Shown: piece by piece, positions 22,901 through 26,196 of the stretch
Position numbering within the stretch: position 1 is the stretch's first letter
How the letters are laid out: each line of letters starts with the position of its first letter
Assembly: GCA_030141605.1 (NCBI GenBank)
Contig: JAQGDQ010001769.1
Location: 1-26,196, forward strand
Length of the DNA stretch: 26,196 nucleotides
Reading direction: 5' to 3'
DNA from: Tubiluchus corallicola
Lineage: Eukaryota; Animalia; Priapulida
The notes under the pieces: generated by a model
What the model was told of the DNA's origin: nothing
Databases searched by the model: none
What the model saw: the letters and a program-made list of their open reading frames with translations, nothing else
Made by a program: the position numbers and the translations under genes

Positions 22901-23292
22901 CTATTGCACTTAATAGACTGTATTGTGCAGAGAGTCAATGTAATTCCAAAAGTAATGTATTTTACATGATTACCAACGTAAAAGCGTCAAACAGACCGTA
23001 AAATCCATTGGGAAAAGTTTTGATTAAACCCTTGATACCTGTAACAACTAATACATAAAGCAAAATTATAAAAGTCACTGGATGTGCATTCTATTATCTT
23101 GTGTTTACATGGTTACACCCTAGTAACATATCATCATTGTGTTTGTTGCATGCCTACTACAAAAAGCCTTTTCACAGTTTCGTTGTGCGCATGCGCAGTT
23201 GCAGCAGGTCAAAGGTTAAGTGTACCGCAACAAACGTCTCTTGACTACAAATGTCACATGACGTATTGGTAAAGCAAAGCCGTCTGCTGCTG

Positions 23293-23535
23293 CAGTTCAG
23301 TAACTTCAGTCGTTTTACGTGGATTTTACTTAATTATGCCTGATTTACAAGCAGGATCCAGCTTGGGAACAAGAAAAAATGAACTAGATAAGATTCTAGC
23401 TAGCTGTTAAGCTAGAACTGTTACTATTGCACAGCATGGGCTGTGGGGTGTTGTCAAGTGTACACAAATGCGCTGTCTGGTGCACTTAACCTTTGACCTT
23501 TTCACGATCAACATTACTCGATGCGACTGTGAAAA
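23293..23535. repeat. Interspersed repeat, copy B (in the probable SSUH2 3'UTR)
   Basis: Same blocks and same orientation as 5009-5262. Confidence 0.8.
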
Positions 23536-23569
23536 TGCTTATTAAGCAATTTAAATGAACATCAAAGCA

Positions 23570-23716
23570 TTACATAATTTCACAACCCCAGCACACTTTT
23601 TGAGGATAATCATTCAGGTAAACTTTGTTCTCCTTGCCATAAATCCAGAATCTGTCCTGTTTTCCTTTAAATTTGTATGTTATCTCGGAAACTGGTATGG
23701 CGCGAATCGTTTGTCT
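23570..23716 (-). CDS. SSUH2: SSUH2 homolog, last coding exon (upstream exons lie beyond the window)
   Basis: Acceptor TTTCTTGCTTTTCTACAG; encodes RQTIRAIPVSEITYKFKGKQDRFWIYGKENKVYLNDYPQKVCWGCEIM*, matching the SSUH2 C-terminal pattern RQTI..IP..E..Y...GK....IYG....VY..DYP...C..C.I. Confidence 0.88.
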   Translation of the reverse strand, partial: RQTIRAIPVSEITYKFKGKQDRFWIYGKENKVYLNDYPQKVCWGCEIM

Positions 23717-24151
23717 CTGTAGAAAAGCAAGAAAACAAATTATAGTTAAATTGATTACATCAGCCAAGAAAAATCTGCAAAAATAAAAATAAAATGTTGT
23801 TGTAGAAGTTCATTTTAAATTTTAATTTTGTGTACCAACTATAAAACAAACAAAAAACAAGAAAATTTTGACCCACATAAAAGCATTAGATTTTACATTT
23901 TAATTTCATTTATTTTCTCTTCACATTAAAACCAGTAGTAAATCCTGTGTACGAGTTACATCGTTACATCTACTCGATTCACTTTTTTATTAGGCTATGA
24001 TTGTTTCTTTTTCTTGTATCGAGGTGGATAATGTTGTAAATGTAACTGCATAGTTGGTTACATTACATATTTGGTGTGATTTTTTACAATCTTGCATTGC
24101 AAAATGTTTTCAAGTAAATTTCAATACTTCTATTTTGCATTACAGCATCGA

Positions 24152-26196
24152 TTTGACTGCATTATATACTTGCTTTTTCTGTTGATATAATCATGATTTA
24201 ATTGTATTATTTACTTGCTTTTTCCGTTGTTATAATCATGATTTAATTGTATTATTTACTTGCTTTTTCCGTTGATATAATCATGATTTAATTGTATTAT
24301 TTGCTGGCTTTTCCGTTGATATAATCATGATTTAACTGCATTATTTACTTGCTTTTTCCGTTGATATAATCATGATTTAATTGTATTATTTACTTGCTTT
24401 TTCCGTTGTTATAATCATGATTTAATTGTATTATTTACTTGCTTTTTCCGTTGATATAATCATGATTTAATTGTATTATTTACTTGCTTTTTCCGTTGAT
24501 ATAATCATGATTTAACTGCATTATTTACTTGCTTTTTCCGTTGTTATAATCATGATTTAATTGTATTATTTACTTGCTTTTTCCGTTGATATAATCATGA
24601 TTTAACTGCATTATTTACTTGCTTTTTCCGTTGATATAATCATGATTTAATTGTATTATTTACTTGCTTTTTCCGTTGTTATAATCATGATTTAATTGTA
24701 TTATTTACTTGCTTCTTCCGTTGATATAATCATGATTTAACTGCATTATTTACTTGCTTTTTCCGTTGATATAATCATGATTTAACTGCATTATTTACTT
24801 GCTTTTTCCGTTGATATAATCATGATTTAACTGCATTATTTACTTGCTTTTTCCGTTGTTATAATCATGATTTAATTGTATTATTTACTTGCTTCTTCCG
24901 TTGATATAATCATGATTTAACTGCATTATTTACTTGCTTTTTCCGTTGATATAATCATGATTTAATTGTATTATTTACTTGCTTTTCCGTTGTTATAATC
25001 ATGATTTAATTGTATTATTTACTTGCTTTTCACTTGCTTTTTCCGTTGTATAATCATGATTTAATTGTATTATTTACTTGCTTTTTCCGTTGATATAATC
25101 ATGATTTAATTGTATTATTTACTTGCTTTTTCCGTTGATATAATCATGATTTAACTGCATTATTTACTTGCTTTTTCCGTTGTTATAATCATGATTTAAT
25201 TGTATTATTTACTTGCTTCTTCCGTTGATATAATCATGATTTAACTGCATTATTTACTTGCTTTTTCCGTTGATATAATCATGATTTAATTGTATTATTT
25301 ACTTGCTTTTTCCGTTGTTATAATCATGATTTAATTGTATTATTTACTTGCTTCTTCCGTTGATATAATCATGATTTAACTGTATTATTTACTTGCTTTT
25401 TCCGTTGATATAATCATGATTTAACTGCATTATTTACTTGCTTTTTCCGTTGTTATAATCATGATTTAATTGTATTATTTACTTGCTTTTTCCGTTGTTA
25501 TAATCATGATTTAATTGTATTATTTACTTGCTTCTTCCGTTGATATAATCATGATTTAACTGCATTATTTACTTGCTTTTTCCGTTGATATAATCATGAT
25601 TTAACTGCATTATTTACTTGCTTTTTCCGTTGATATAATCATGATTTAACTGCATTATTTACTTGCTTTTTCCGTTGTTATAATCATGATTTAATTGTAT
25701 TATTTACTTGCTTCTTCCGTTGATATAATCATGATTTAACTGCATTATTTACTTGCTTTTTCCGTTGATATAATCATGATTTAACTGCATTATTTACTTG
25801 CTTTTTCCGTTGTTATAATCATGATTTAATTGTATTATTTACTTGCTTTTTCCGTTGTTATAATCATGATTTAATTGTATTATTTACTTGCTTTTTCCGT
25901 TGATATAATCATGATTTAATTGTATTATTTACTTGCTTTTTCCGTTGATATAATCATGATTTAACTGCATTATTTACTTGCTTTTTCCGTTGATATAATC
26001 ATGATTTAATTGTATTATTTACTTGCTTTTTCCGTTGTTATAATCATGATTTAATTGTATTATTTACTTGCTTTTTCCGTTGTTATAATCATGATTTAAT
26101 TGTATTATTTACTTGCTTTTTCCGTTGTTATAATCATGATTTAATTGTATTATTTACTTGCTTCTTCCGTTGATATAATCATGATTTAACTGCATT
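24152..26196. repeat. 45-bp satellite/minisatellite, about 45 copies, runs off the window (in an SSUH2 intron)
   Basis: Unit TTGATATAATCATGATTTAATTGTATTATTTACTTGCTTTTTCCG containing the palindrome AATCATGATT. Confidence 0.98.

Noticed and set aside
24152-26196. CRISPR-like or coding repeat
   Set aside because: No spacers and no ORF; it is an ordinary satellite.

Overview
This is AT-rich, repeat-laden eukaryotic DNA from an invertebrate animal (possibly lophotrochozoan, by inference). Its main content is a minus-strand PNPLA2/ATGL (brummer-like) patatin triacylglycerol lipase gene. Eight coding exons could be reconstructed with GT-AG junctions and matching phases: 18958-18781, 12185-12063, 10971-10862, 9733-9540, 7116-6977, 4951-4727, 1483-1351 and 700-581, about 407 codons with the 3' end unresolved. 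The last coding exon of an SSUH2 homolog lies upstream on the same strand (23716-23570). Introns and the intergenic region hold a 5'-truncated LINE reverse transcriptase ORF, two inverted copies of an RTE-derived non-autonomous element, tRNA-SINEs, hAT-type MITEs and many tandem repeats. The most unusual feature is the splice architecture of ATGL. The 3' part of exon 7 (the hydrophobic segment) plus its splice donor is amplified into six in-frame 108-bp copies separated by TAA stops, and 6 of the 7 variable sites are synonymous in the ATGL frame. The exon-6 acceptor is also duplicated, so the upstream acceptor would give a patatin-only 260-aa protein. No CRISPR, rRNA or true tRNA genes were seen.
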